Counted from the first letter of the stretch, positions 20,704 to 31,397 are shown. The stretch: 64,000 bases of DNA from an uncultured Verrucomicrobiae bacterium (GCA_963762565.1 CAVXLD010000003.1:672001-736000), one strand, 5' to 3'. The notes: generated by a model from the sequence alone, not told the origin. Translations and numbers: made by a program.

Positions 20704-22088
20704 AGAAGGTAGTAGACTCGCTTATAGGGATCGGGTTGTGGTTCGCGCGGTTAGCGGAAAAAATCCTATTCTTTTTCTTACACAACTGGGCCTATTTTTT
20801 CGGCCTGGGCGCGGCTGGACTGGTACTAATCTCGCACTGGGTTGCGCTTACCATTACCGACCGGCTCAGCGGTCTACATGCGCCATTGCTCGGCTACGTA
20901 ACTGGCAAGCCAGGGAGTCCACTCCTTTCGTTTGGGGTGGCGGCGGCGGTCTTGATCCTGGCTGGAGCGGTGGCCTATTCGCGGAAGTACTGGCGGTGCT
21001 TTGCCATCGTAGCCGCCGGTTTGTTGTTGCTCTGTTTCGGCGGTCTTTTACAGCTTGCCTTCGGGGAAGCGGATTTGCTCAAAGAACTGGCCGATGAGGA
21101 GGCGCAGTTTGTCGGCATTCAACAATTTGAGAATCAGTTTCTGCCAACCAATTTTGGTAAAGAGGCGAGCAATGCGCAAGGACCGCAGCTATCCAATTCG
21201 ATTGTCACGGCTTGGGACAGATTGGTGACGGCCCGTTTCTTCATGGGGCGAGGCTGGTATCTGACGTTAACGGTGGGTATAGCGGCCTTCTTCTACGCAA
21301 AGAAACGATTAAAAACCAGACTGCAGCGGGCTTTACTAGTAAAGGTGACCCTGCTCGCCGCCATCGGGTTGGCGATTGGGTTTTCTTTACGACCGGTCAT
21401 TGCCCAGATCACCGTCGCGCGCGGGCAGGATGCAGAGGCCAAAGGTGAACTGGATCTGGCCATTTCCAGGTATCGGAGCGCTATGCGACTCGATAAATGG
21501 TTCGCTATCCACACCGATCTCTATCAGCGGATTGGCGCGATCGACTACAGTTTTGGCCGGAATGATACCGTCGAATACGGAATCTATTTTGCAGAGCTGC
21601 TGGTTTCGCAAAACAACTTTTCCGGAGCCGTCCAACAATTGGAAAGAATTCTTCCCAAAGCGCAACAGATCTCTCCGCAACTAGAGGAGTTGGTCAGAAC
21701 AACCGAAGCAGATATTTGGAATGCGTATGGCAAGGAGCTCTATCACCAGGGAGCCATTGGTGCGGCGGCGGCGTCGTGGGCCAATGCATTCGCTAAAGAC
21801 CAGGGGCAGTTTTTGGCTGCGTTCTGTCTTTCGCGAGCTTATTTCCAAACCGGGCGTTATCAGCAGTCAGTCACGTTGATTGAGAGTCTCATCAAACGAG
21901 TTCGCGATCCCGAGACGCGAGCGAATCTGGATTCGAATCTCGGGGATGCCTACATGCGGCTTAATGAGCGCGCTTTGGCAAAGCTTGCCTACCGGCATTC
22001 GTACCTAATCGACTATGTGTTGAATTGGCGCGGGCTTAGCGACTTGATCGGCGCCCAGAACGAGATCTCGTTGCAAGAGAATAATTAA
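20700..22088 (+). CDS. Multi-TM protein with C-terminal TPR repeats
   Basis: Several TM helices, then TPR-like helices (GELDLAISRYRSA, NLGDAY). Confidence 0.7.
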   Translation: MKKVVDSLIGIGLWFARLAEKILFFFLHNWAYFFGLGAAGLVLISHWVALTITDRLSGLHAPLLGYVTGKPGSPLLSFGVAAAVLILAGAVAYSRKYWRCFAIVAAGLLLLCFGGLLQLAFGEADLLKELADEEAQFVGIQQFENQFLPTNFGKEASNAQGPQLSNSIVTAWDRLVTARFFMGRGWYLTLTVGIAAFFYAKKRLKTRLQRALLVKVTLLAAIGLAIGFSLRPVIAQITVARGQDAEAKGELDLAISRYRSAMRLDKWFAIHTDLYQRIGAIDYSFGRNDTVEYGIYFAELLVSQNNFSGAVQQLERILPKAQQISPQLEELVRTTEADIWNAYGKELYHQGAIGAAAASWANAFAKDQGQFLAAFCLSRAYFQTGRYQQSVTLIESLIKRVRDPETRANLDSNLGDAYMRLNERALAKLAYRHSYLIDYVLNWRGLSDLIGAQNEISLQENN

Positions 22089-22163
22089 TGAAAAGAAGTG
22101 AACAGCAATACCTTCGTGGGCCTGTAATCGAAGGTAAGTAATGCTAGTTGGATCGGACTAATA

Positions 22164-25100
22164 ATGTTTAAAGAGTCCAGATTTTCCAGATACATCAAAA
22201 CTCGGCAGGGCGGCTTTTCCTTGTTTTTGGTGATCGCTTGCGGGCTAATGCTAGCCTTTTTTTGCATTGTTACTTTCTATGATCTGCCTCAGAATCTTTA
22301 CCGGCTGAACTTCGGTAAAGCCAAATGGATCCAGGCAACGGTTCCGTCGCAACACAACTTTTTCCGCAAGACGCTTTACCTGCCGGCTGCCGTAGATCGG
22401 GCCTGGATTCAGGTCGCGGCCACCGACAACTACACGATTTACGTTAACAATCAGCAAGTTGGTACCCGCACTTTCTACAGTACGTGCGTCGCTCGGCTCT
22501 ACGATCTTAAGAAGGTATTAAAGCCGGGGAAGAACGTCATTGCTATCGAAGTTGATCGCTACTCTTTTCCCGGCTCCGGTCAACTGCTGGTGCGCGGCTT
22601 TTATGGTTTGGTGGGTTCACCCGTCCAGGAGTTCGTCTCAGATCCCACCGATCAGAGCTGGCGAGCATCGAGTACACCGGACGGAATTCTAAACGGTTAT
22701 GTCTGGAGCGCTGTCCTGCTGGATGATTCATTTTGGAAACTGGCGGAGATCGCTCCAGCTAGTGAACGTTTTCCTGTCATCGAGTCTGTGCCAATCGATC
22801 CAAAGCAGTACGAAAGGCGACCTACCGCCAAATGGATTGCGCCCCTGAATGGTTCACCACGGCAAGCATCGTTTAGTTATGAATGGCAGGCGCCAAACGA
22901 CCGCTTGGAGACATGGATTCAGATCGCCGCTACGGGGAACTATGATTTAATTGTTAACGGACGCCTGATTACCACCGAGATTGCAACTACCGGGACCGGT
23001 CCGGTACAGGTGGCGGTGGTCCAGCCGACGCTACTGGCTTATAATATTACCCGATGGATGCGCGACGGCACCAATTCGATCACAATCCGGGTTAGCTCCC
23101 AGACCCTACAACCGGCTTTGTTGTTGGTGGACGGTTACACGGTTCTAGGAACCGCGCGATTGCAACGCTTTGAAAGCGATGCGACCTGGAAGACCAGGCT
23201 GTTTAGCCCGGATGCGCAACCAGCTGTGGTGGTAGCTCAATACGGAGATCAGCCCTGGGGCACATTAGAGCAAACTATCGCTCTGCCGTCTGTCACCCCA
23301 GTTTACGATGTGCAAAAGGTCACCACCTGGGGGCCAGTGGCGGTCGGGGTTTTGGCGGCGACGCTAGTTTTGTGGATCCTGGCCTCCGTCTTGGTCGCGC
23401 CGCTGGTCCGACAGCCGGTGGAAAAGCTTTGGACCTGCGACGCGCTGTTCCATCTTTGCGTCCTGATTTTGATGCTTTTCCTTTGGCTGCTTACTTTCGA
23501 TGTTCGGTTTCAAAACAACTGGTGTTTTAAACCACGAATTGCAGAGGGGCTGATTTTTCTTTTAGCGGCCGGAAAGCTCTTGTTGTTGTTGCCTCGTAGT
23601 AAACCGCGTTCGGCGGAAGCAGAGACCGCGGCGGCGGCGCCCTCGCTCCGGCCTCCCCGAGCAAGCTGGGTACGGACCTATTGGAAGGCGCTAGTTCTCG
23701 TTTGTATTGTCCTGTTGGGCTTCTCTCTCCGCGTACGTCAACTTACGACCATGTCGCTCGATGTGGATGAATTCGGCGTGATCCAGTTCTCGCATGGAGT
23801 GCAAAAGAAGGGGTATCCGTTCATTCAACTCGGCAGTTTCGAGAAGGAGGTTACGACTTACGAGCTGGTCTCCTATTCGATCTCGGTGGCCAGGCAATTT
23901 CTCGGTGAAAGTGAATCAGCTTACCGAACCGCGGCTTTGATCTATTCAACGATCACTATTGCGCTCATTGGGATAGTCGGCATTCGGATGATGGGTTGGA
24001 GAGTCGGGTTAACGGCGTCGCTCATTTTCGCGACGTTCCCGACCGGAATATTTTGGGGTCATAACGCCTTTTGGCCCTCGCAGGAGCAGATGTTTTCGTT
24101 GGCCACATTTTGGTGCTTTTATGAAGGTATCAAAAATCGCGGTGCGCACTTGCGGGCCGGCTTTATTACCGCTGCCAGCGTCTGCTTTATTCTGGCCTAT
24201 CTGACCTGGGAGGGGTCCGGCTTTATCCTGCCAACTTTGTTCGCCTGTATATTCGCTATGCAGTGGGCCCGGTACGAATGGATGAAGAACTGGCACCTCT
24301 GGCGATGTTGCGTGGTTATGTCGTTTGCGGTTGGAATGCAGTTGGCCCATCGGCAGGTAGCCTCCTTGCCCGCCTACATGCAGACGGGCATCAGTTTATC
24401 AGACGTCACCACGCCAGTACCGGTGTGGTTCGACGTCACACACTACGACCCGCAGTACTACCTGAACTATTGTCTTTTTGCTGAGAACTACGTTTTAATG
24501 ACGTTGTTCGTGATCTTTGGGATCGCGTTTTGTTGGAAGGATCGCGCGCTGCGCTATTTATTCTTGTCGATTGTCTTAATGCTGATGTGGTACACGGAGT
24601 TTCTGCCGGCCTACGCCGTGCGGTATTCTTACGATTACCAGTCTCTGCTCATACTGGCTGCCGTTGGGATCATGTTTAAACTGTGCGACCGGATCGTTAG
24701 GCAGGGAGCGTCGGTTCTCCGGTGGGGTGCAGCTGCCGCTGTATTCACTATCTTTGTGTTAAGCACCAACGGGTTTATTCTTCATATTTACCGGCTTTCT
24801 CGTTCAGCCCCCACACCCTATTACGGTGAGCGCATGGGAATCTATCGAACCGACTATCGCGGGGCAGCGCAGTACGTGGTCCAGCATTTTGAACCGGGAG
24901 ATGGTCTTATCGTCGCTATTCCCCACATTTTTGAGTTCTACACCGGAATGAATGTGGACTACTCAATAAACACGATGCTGGACAAGAAAATCACTTATAG
25001 CGGCGCGTTGGAGATCCCGCATTTTCTGGACAAATTCCGAGGATACCCCTGTATTCGCAGTCTGGAAGAATTGGAGGACTTAAGGAGCCGGTTTAAGCGT

Positions 25101-25262
25101 CTTTGGATCGTGCAAGTACCGTTGGGACCGGCGGACAATCAGAATCCTCCTGTGATTCAATATCTCGCTCGAAACGCGAAAGTGGTGTATCTGAGTTACA
25201 AGGCCGAAGTTGACCTTCTGGTGGCGACTCCTAACGTGGCGCAGCAAATACAAACACAGTAG
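22164..25262 (+). CDS. GT-C (ArnT/PMT-like) glycosyltransferase fused to two sugar-binding-like beta-sandwich domains
   Basis: Two AKWI...IQxAAT.NY.IxVN...Y(D/N)(L/I) repeats resembling rhamnosidase N-terminal domains; LGFSLRV...SLDVDE motif followed by many TMs. Confidence 0.75.
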   Translation: MFKESRFSRYIKTRQGGFSLFLVIACGLMLAFFCIVTFYDLPQNLYRLNFGKAKWIQATVPSQHNFFRKTLYLPAAVDRAWIQVAATDNYTIYVNNQQVGTRTFYSTCVARLYDLKKVLKPGKNVIAIEVDRYSFPGSGQLLVRGFYGLVGSPVQEFVSDPTDQSWRASSTPDGILNGYVWSAVLLDDSFWKLAEIAPASERFPVIESVPIDPKQYERRPTAKWIAPLNGSPRQASFSYEWQAPNDRLETWIQIAATGNYDLIVNGRLITTEIATTGTGPVQVAVVQPTLLAYNITRWMRDGTNSITIRVSSQTLQPALLLVDGYTVLGTARLQRFESDATWKTRLFSPDAQPAVVVAQYGDQPWGTLEQTIALPSVTPVYDVQKVTTWGPVAVGVLAATLVLWILASVLVAPLVRQPVEKLWTCDALFHLCVLILMLFLWLLTFDVRFQNNWCFKPRIAEGLIFLLAAGKLLLLLPRSKPRSAEAETAAAAPSLRPPRASWVRTYWKALVLVCIVLLGFSLRVRQLTTMSLDVDEFGVIQFSHGVQKKGYPFIQLGSFEKEVTTYELVSYSISVARQFLGESESAYRTAALIYSTITIALIGIVGIRMMGWRVGLTASLIFATFPTGIFWGHNAFWPSQEQMFSLATFWCFYEGIKNRGAHLRAGFITAASVCFILAYLTWEGSGFILPTLFACIFAMQWARYEWMKNWHLWRCCVVMSFAVGMQLAHRQVASLPAYMQTGISLSDVTTPVPVWFDVTHYDPQYYLNYCLFAENYVLMTLFVIFGIAFCWKDRALRYLFLSIVLMLMWYTEFLPAYAVRYSYDYQSLLILAAVGIMFKLCDRIVRQGASVLRWGAAAAVFTIFVLSTNGFILHIYRLSRSAPTPYYGERMGIYRTDYRGAAQYVVQHFEPGDGLIVAIPHIFEFYTGMNVDYSINTMLDKKITYSGALEIPHFLDKFRGYPCIRSLEELEDLRSRFKRLWIVQVPLGPADNQNPPVIQYLARNAKVVYLSYKAEVDLLVATPNVAQQIQTQ

Positions 25263-25312
25263 TTGCTTACAGCAAACAGAAAGACGATCACGGGTTAAAT
25301 CGGAAGGGGTCA

Positions 25313-26245
25313 ATGCATAATTCGGATTCGGAGAAGAACTCACCTCAGCAGCCGGCAGTTCTTTTTCTGCATATCCACAAGACGGCAGGAACTACTCTCA
25401 ACCGTATTATCGAACGCGAATACAATCCGTTCCTGGTGTATACGATAGAAGGTAAGCGAATCGACTGGTCCATTGATCACTTTAAGCGATTATCAGAAGC
25501 CAGAAGGGCCGGGTTGCGCGTGGTTAAGGGGCACATGAGTTTTGGCCTACATAAGTTCCTACCTCAACCTTCCACCTATATTACCTTTTTACGCGATCCG
25601 ATTGAGCGCTGTATTTCTTCCTACTCTTACTCGAAAGCGAACCGGTTTAATCCTTTTTATCGGCGGATTAACGAGGAGAACCTCGATTTGGCGCGGTTCC
25701 TTGAAATCGCTCCTTGGAACAACAATCTGCAATGCAAGACAATCGCGGGTATCGATCGACGCGAGTACCGGCCAGTAGCGCTTTTCCGCGAGATGACACG
25801 GTCCGGAGCGGCAGCGCCTGATCCCAGCGTGGATAGGTGCAGCAACGCGCAGACGCTGCAACGGGCGCGAGAAAACCTGTGCCGCTATTTTAGTTTTGTT
25901 GGGCTAACAGAACGTTTCACCCAGAGTCTGGTTTTGTTGAAACATCTCTTTGGCTGGAAACTATCGTCCTACTCAAGCTATAGAAAATCACGCAACCGGC
26001 CGAAACGAGAGAGTTTCGATCCCGCGCTGATTGCGATTGCGGAGGAGCGCAATCGATTCGACCGGGAGCTCTATGAATTTGGAATGGTGATGTTCAATGA
26101 TTTAGTGAATCGATTGGGAGTCGATTTGGAACAAGAGGCCGCTAGCTTCCAAACTGGCGGCGAAAGGAATCCATTGAGTGTGGCGGTTGAGACGGGATCG
26201 ATGGCGCTTCGGGCTGCCGCCAGCCGATTAGTCTCTTTGTTGTGA
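25313..26245 (+). CDS. Sulfotransferase (family 2-like)
   Basis: FLHIHKTAGTT (5'-PSB loop), TFLRDPIERCIS (3'-PB), VGLTERF. Confidence 0.9.
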   Translation: MHNSDSEKNSPQQPAVLFLHIHKTAGTTLNRIIEREYNPFLVYTIEGKRIDWSIDHFKRLSEARRAGLRVVKGHMSFGLHKFLPQPSTYITFLRDPIERCISSYSYSKANRFNPFYRRINEENLDLARFLEIAPWNNNLQCKTIAGIDRREYRPVALFREMTRSGAAAPDPSVDRCSNAQTLQRARENLCRYFSFVGLTERFTQSLVLLKHLFGWKLSSYSSYRKSRNRPKRESFDPALIAIAEERNRFDRELYEFGMVMFNDLVNRLGVDLEQEAASFQTGGERNPLSVAVETGSMALRAAASRLVSLL

Positions 26246-26252
26246 GGCACTA

Positions 26253-27119
26253 ATGAAAGTAACGAGCGGGCAAAAAGTTGTGGATAACGATAACACGCTC
26301 ATTTTCCTTCACTTGCCAAAATGCGGGGGCACGACGCTGAATCGGATTATTGAATGGGAGTACGATCCGTTACGCATTTTCAGCATTGATCCGATATTTT
26401 TTCTTTGGTCTTACCAAAAGTTAAATCGTTGGCCCGCCAGCCGGCTGGCCCGGATGCAAGTCCTTAAAGGTCACATGCCTTTCGGCATTCACACTCGGCT
26501 GCCGCAACCGTCCACTTATATCACTTTTTTGCGTGACCCGGTTGAACGGGTGATCTCAGCCTATTACTTTGCTCGAAACTATTTCCTGCATCCCAAGCAT
26601 CGGTGGGTGAGTAAATTGACTCTTGAGGAGTACGTTCGGCAGTCTCCCAATCACAACGTGCAATGCAAATATCTCTCGGGCCGACCGTTTGTGGGCGACT
26701 ATCATGCGGGAGATTGCACGAGCGAAATGCTGGAAACGGCCAAGGCGAATCTCGACCAGCACTTTTCGCTAGTGGGACTGACAGAGCGTTTCGACGAAGG
26801 TCTGGCCATTCTGAAAATCATTTTTGGGTGGCAGATCGCCAAATACGCGAAGTTTAACGTTACGAAGACCCGGCTTAAAAAGACCAGTTTGCCAGCCAGT
26901 ACGGTGGATTTAGTCAGCGAACGGAATCAGTTCGACGTGGCGCTGTATGAGTACGGCGTCCCGATTTTTAACGAGACTCGGGCGCACTATGGAGACGAGG
27001 TTCAAAAGCAAATCGATCTGATCTCTCAAGCGAAAGCGTTAAGTAAATTGGAGTCGATGTATTATTTCGGCGCTTCCGCGGCTCGCAAGGCGATCAGTCG
27101 GGTCCACTCCGCGCTGTAG
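26253..27119 (+). CDS. Sulfotransferase (family 2-like), paralog
   Basis: FLHLPKCGGTT, TFLRDPVERVIS, VGLTERF. Confidence 0.9.
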   Translation: MKVTSGQKVVDNDNTLIFLHLPKCGGTTLNRIIEWEYDPLRIFSIDPIFFLWSYQKLNRWPASRLARMQVLKGHMPFGIHTRLPQPSTYITFLRDPVERVISAYYFARNYFLHPKHRWVSKLTLEEYVRQSPNHNVQCKYLSGRPFVGDYHAGDCTSEMLETAKANLDQHFSLVGLTERFDEGLAILKIIFGWQIAKYAKFNVTKTRLKKTSLPASTVDLVSERNQFDVALYEYGVPIFNETRAHYGDEVQKQIDLISQAKALSKLESMYYFGASAARKAISRVHSAL

Positions 27120-27331
27120 TATGGTTCGCATGCTTAACTAGTGCAGTAAGTTCGTGACTTGTATAGCAAACCGCTAAGGAACAAGTTCAAAAGCTCGATG
27201 AGCGGGACGAGGAACAAGATCCGCCATCTCAGGGGGGCAGCGGAGGTTCTGCTATTGGCAAATACTCCAAGAATCGGGTCAAGTTCGGTTGTTGTGCTTG
27301 ATAGTATTCAGAGCATTTGGAATCTGTCTTA

Positions 27332-28642
27332 ATGCCAAATAGGACTTCGAAGTTTGCATTTGCCTTTTTGTTCAGTTCCTTTTTTGCCTTCATTGCTGTA
27401 CTCGCGGATCGTGCTCAATCCCAGCAGGTTCTCCTGTGGTTCCCAATGAATGGCAAGAGCTATTTCGTGTTGGGAGCGAATTATCCTTGGTACAATGGCT
27501 TTCGCGGCCTAGATCTCGGCCCTTATTTGGGTACGAAGACGATTGCCACCGTCGCTTACGCTACGCCGAAGGAGGGAAAAAGGGGTAATGCCGAGGTCTG
27601 GGAAAACGGGCACGATCTTCAACGGCCCTCAATTCCTATCCGCACCGGCACAACTGGCTTTAACGCCGACGGCATTAAGGCGCAGCTTCAGGACGCGCGC
27701 TCTGTGGGTATTCATGCGTTACGGTGGTTCTTTGGCGATGATGGTAGGTCGTTCATAATTTTCGACGGGCATGACAATTGCACGGGAATCGATAAGACGG
27801 CTCTCCAAAATGTCGATCGCGTCCTTGCTCTGGCCCAAAGCAACCAGGTCTATATCGTGCCGGTGCTGTTTGATTTCAGATTCATTTGCGGTGACCACTG
27901 GCTGAGATATGAGGACGGATCGTCCGGGCTAGGTCAAGGTCATGCAGAAGTGATCCGCGACTCCGCAAAAAGAAGATTATTGATCGAGAACTTTATTAAG
28001 CCTCTGGTGAAACGGTGCGCAAGTTCGAGCGCCGTTTTGTATTGGGAGATTATGAATGAAGCCGGCAACGTTGTTCAGGGGACCGATCCGGTAACGGGCT
28101 TTACGATGGGTGGACCCGGAAAGGTCTCGAATCATCCCAATGTTTCCGTCGTGGAGATGCAGACCTTTATGAACGAAGTTTATGATGCCATCAAGAGTGT
28201 CGATCAAGCGCATCTCGTTATGCCTTCGGGCCTTGGAAGGCCTTGGCAGCTACCCCTAGTCGTGGGCCGAGTCAAAGCCGATCTTTTTGGGGCCCACTAC
28301 AATGATGATGGGAATACAGACTATGGGACAGTCCAATCGGTGGCAAATATCAAGAGCAACCTGTTCAGAAAATTCGGGCTTGTATTGGATAAGCCGCTCA
28401 TCATGACAGAGGGGACTTCGCAAATGGAGGGGCATCTCGATTACTATGTAAGAAGCGCTTTTGACGGGGGTTGGGCTGGCTATCTTGCATGGTCCTACTA
28501 CAGTCTTGTCGGTCTTAATAACTTTAACCGGTACCCGCGTATCGTTGTATCCAAGGATGGCCGGGCCGGGTCTTCGGTAAATATCGATTTTTACCGTATG
28601 TTCAACCGGGATCACGAGAGCGCAGTTAGGATCGGACAGTGA
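27332..28642 (+). CDS. Secreted GH5-like glycoside hydrolase
   Basis: Signal peptide; GANYPW, GIHALRWF, WEIMNE (acid/base), HY, PLIMTEG (nucleophile), GYLAW. Confidence 0.75.
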   Translation: MPNRTSKFAFAFLFSSFFAFIAVLADRAQSQQVLLWFPMNGKSYFVLGANYPWYNGFRGLDLGPYLGTKTIATVAYATPKEGKRGNAEVWENGHDLQRPSIPIRTGTTGFNADGIKAQLQDARSVGIHALRWFFGDDGRSFIIFDGHDNCTGIDKTALQNVDRVLALAQSNQVYIVPVLFDFRFICGDHWLRYEDGSSGLGQGHAEVIRDSAKRRLLIENFIKPLVKRCASSSAVLYWEIMNEAGNVVQGTDPVTGFTMGGPGKVSNHPNVSVVEMQTFMNEVYDAIKSVDQAHLVMPSGLGRPWQLPLVVGRVKADLFGAHYNDDGNTDYGTVQSVANIKSNLFRKFGLVLDKPLIMTEGTSQMEGHLDYYVRSAFDGGWAGYLAWSYYSLVGLNNFNRYPRIVVSKDGRAGSSVNIDFYRMFNRDHESAVRIGQ

Positions 28643-28710
28643 CAGACGAGAATTCGCGGGGACGCGGCCAAGTAGGTCACACTGTCCGCTCACGTACGTA
28701 AGAATGCGTA

Positions 28711-28919
28711 TCCTCGACCATCCCGAATTACTGGGAGTACGCGAGCAAGTTCACGCTATGTGACGCTTTCTTTTCGGCATTAACGGGTCCAAGTTTCCCG
28801 AACCACATGTGATGCAAAGCAGCTTTGGCAGAATTGCGCGATCATCGTGATGTGGGACGACTATGGTGGTTTCTACGATCATGTGCCGCCGGTTCAAATC
28901 GATGAGTGTGGCTTCGGCA
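28711..28919 (+). pseudogene. Collapsed remnant of a phosphoesterase paralog
   Basis: Aligns by eye to 29725-29824 (STIPNYWEYA.KFTLCD) and, directly fused to that, 30184-30295 (WDD.GGFYDHVPPV). Confidence 0.85.
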
Positions 28920-29061
28920 AGATGGCAGCCAGGAAGCCCTGAAACTCAAATAGAATTAGAAACTGGATTTTCTTGTGACTGAAAGAGAAGCCCCTCGCCG
29001 ACCCCTGTCGATTCGGCTTTGATCATGTCTTCACCAATTTTGACGGAGGATGTTGGAGACT

Positions 29062-30540
29062 ATGCGTTCCTATTTATTGCGAACAGCGCGGGGCCTCGTG
29101 AGTGGAACAGAACATTGCTGGTGCGGAAGGCTGGCCGCCTTAGTTGTTGTCGGATTGCTGTTTCTACTTCCGCGCGTGAATGCGCAGAGCTCGGCTATCC
29201 CGATCGAACACTTCATCTATATCATTCAGGAGAATCATTCGTTCGATAATTATTTCGGCACCTTTCCCGGTGCGAACGGAATTCCCGCCGGTACTCTGCT
29301 TCCGGATTATCCAGGAGGCCCCCTCACGAGAAAGCCTTTTCTTACCCATCTAACGAGCGTCCCCCACGATCTTACGCATTCCTGGGTAGCGGGAAAAATT
29401 GCGTATGATAATGGCGCTATGGATGGGTTTCTTTGGGCGGAATGGCCGTTGGGTTTACGATATTATGGACAAGGCGTCCCCACGCCGGCGCCCGATCCTA
29501 ATCTGGTCCGTATTCGACCTAAACCGAGAAATCAGGCGCGGGCGGCGACAGGAGCGATGCAGGAGGTTCTTTCTCCTCTCGGTTTTGCTGATGATGAGGA
29601 CGATGATGCTCCTCAGGTAGAAGAGCAGAACGAGGCCATACTGGCGTCCGAGCCCTATCGGAGCGGCCCACCCAATGTTAACGAGCGGCCTAGCTGGGTG
29701 ATCTATTCAATCAGCTACTTGGATTCCTCGACCATCCCGAATTATTGGGAGTATGCCCGCAAGTTCACGTTGTGTGACCGATTTTTTACTTCACTAGCGG
29801 GTCCAAGCGCACCGAACCACTTGTATGCTGTCGCCGCGCAATCCGGAGGGCTGGTCACAGATTTCGGGCATGGAAATATTGCGGATTTCAGCTTTCCAAG
29901 CATCATTGAGCTGCTGAGGCAATCCAGCGTGACTTGGAAGTACTACTCAGGGTCGGGTAGTCCATATGAGGTGGGTATTTGGAAACCAATGCCGGGGTTC
30001 AAAAAGTTTGCCAATGACTCGACCTTGAACTCGCATCTTGGTCGAACGGAGAAGTTCTACGAAGACCTGAAAAACGGTACCCTTCCCCAGGTTTGCTGGC
30101 TGGTGCCTCCAGGAGCCCTCAGCGAACACCCACCCCGTGATGTTCAGAAAGGGATGTGGTATGTTACAGAGTTAATCAACGCAGTGATGCGAAGCCGTTA
30201 CTGGAAGAACTGCACGATCATAGTGACCTGGGACGATTCAGGCGGCTTCTATGATCATGTGCCGCCGGTTCAAACCGATGAGTACGGCTTCGGCATTCGC
30301 GTCCCCGCGCTGGTGATCTCTCCCTATTCTAACAGGGGGGTGGTTCATACCCATTACGATCTGACGTCTCCCCTGAAATTAATCGAGACGAAATTTGGGC
30401 TTCCCCCGCTGACCGCACGGGACGCGATGTCTAACACAATGCTGGAATGCTTCGATTTCACGCAAACACCGTTACCTCCGGTTATCATCACGCGAGAGAC
30501 TCAACTTGACTTTAGCGACATGGTAACCACGAAGCCATAA
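29062..30540 (+). CDS. Phospholipase C / acid phosphatase (phosphoesterase family)
   Basis: IQENHSFDNYFG, GPSAPNH, SEHPP, WDDSGGFYDHVPP, GIRVPALVISP. Confidence 0.9.
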   Translation: MRSYLLRTARGLVSGTEHCWCGRLAALVVVGLLFLLPRVNAQSSAIPIEHFIYIIQENHSFDNYFGTFPGANGIPAGTLLPDYPGGPLTRKPFLTHLTSVPHDLTHSWVAGKIAYDNGAMDGFLWAEWPLGLRYYGQGVPTPAPDPNLVRIRPKPRNQARAATGAMQEVLSPLGFADDEDDDAPQVEEQNEAILASEPYRSGPPNVNERPSWVIYSISYLDSSTIPNYWEYARKFTLCDRFFTSLAGPSAPNHLYAVAAQSGGLVTDFGHGNIADFSFPSIIELLRQSSVTWKYYSGSGSPYEVGIWKPMPGFKKFANDSTLNSHLGRTEKFYEDLKNGTLPQVCWLVPPGALSEHPPRDVQKGMWYVTELINAVMRSRYWKNCTIIVTWDDSGGFYDHVPPVQTDEYGFGIRVPALVISPYSNRGVVHTHYDLTSPLKLIETKFGLPPLTARDAMSNTMLECFDFTQTPLPPVIITRETQLDFSDMVTTKP

Positions 30541-30597
30541 GTAGGGGCGAACGCGCCGATGTTTTGATTTTGCGCAGACTCGGCGGGAGCAAGGGGT

Positions 30598-31331
30598 TGG
30601 AGTAGCTATCGACTGGCCAAAGCTGTCGGAGTAAGTTAGTCGACGGTGAGCAATTCGGGCTGCAGCCATACCGCTCGCGCTTTTACATGGCTAGTTATGA
30701 CCCGGAATTTGAAGAAAAAGCCGCCGACATTATTGGCTTATACCTTCAGCCACCGCAGCATGCGGCAGTCTTCTGCGTCGATGAGAAAAGCGCTATCCAG
30801 GCCCTTGATCGGTTGGATCCAGTCCTGCCGCTTTCGCCCGGACGGGCCGAACGCCACGGTTTCGAGTACTATCGGCATGGCACTCTTTCACTCTATGCCG
30901 CGCTCAACGTTCAACCCGGAGAAGTACTCGGCAAGGCCAGCCCGCGCCATACCAGCGCCGAGTTCGTTGACTTCCTCGGCCAAATCGTTTGCTAGTCAAC
31001 CTTCCGATCGCGCAATCCACGTGATCGCCGACAATTTAGGCGCCCATAAAACCAAGCAAGTCTTTAGCTTCCTAGAGGCTCATCCCAACCTCCGCCTTCA
31101 CTACACCCCAACCTATTCCTCTTGGCTCAATCAAGTCGAAATCTGGTTTTCCAAGATTCAACGCCACGTCATCACCGGAGGGGTCTTCACTTCGGTCAAT
31201 GACCTGGCGCGCAAGCTCATGCGCTACATCCGCACCTATAATCAGACTTCTACACCGATCCGCTGGATCTACAAGACCTCACAAAAAGAATCGAGCCAGC
31301 TGCTATATGAGCATTAAACTTACTGCACTAG
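30598..31331 (+). pseudogene. Degraded IS630-family transposase
   Basis: HTH remnant WSSYRLAKAVGVS*STVS with an in-frame TAG at 30637. DDE motifs VDEKSAIQ / ADNL / SSWLNQVEIWF are split by a frameshift near 30990. Ends in ACTAG. Confidence 0.9.
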
Positions 31332-31397
31332 GGCCTACGAAAAACTGGCCGGGCTGCCAAACTTTTGCAAATAAAGATGTTCTTTCGTGGTTACTTC

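Larger units (their letters stand above)
27138..31331. mobile_element. Cargo-carrying segment bounded by IS630-type terminal inverted repeats
   Basis: CTAGTGCAGTAAGTT (27138-27152) is the exact reverse complement of AACTTACTGCACTAG (31317-31331), which ends the IS630 remnant. A further TATAGCA match lies inside both ends. Confidence 0.7.
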
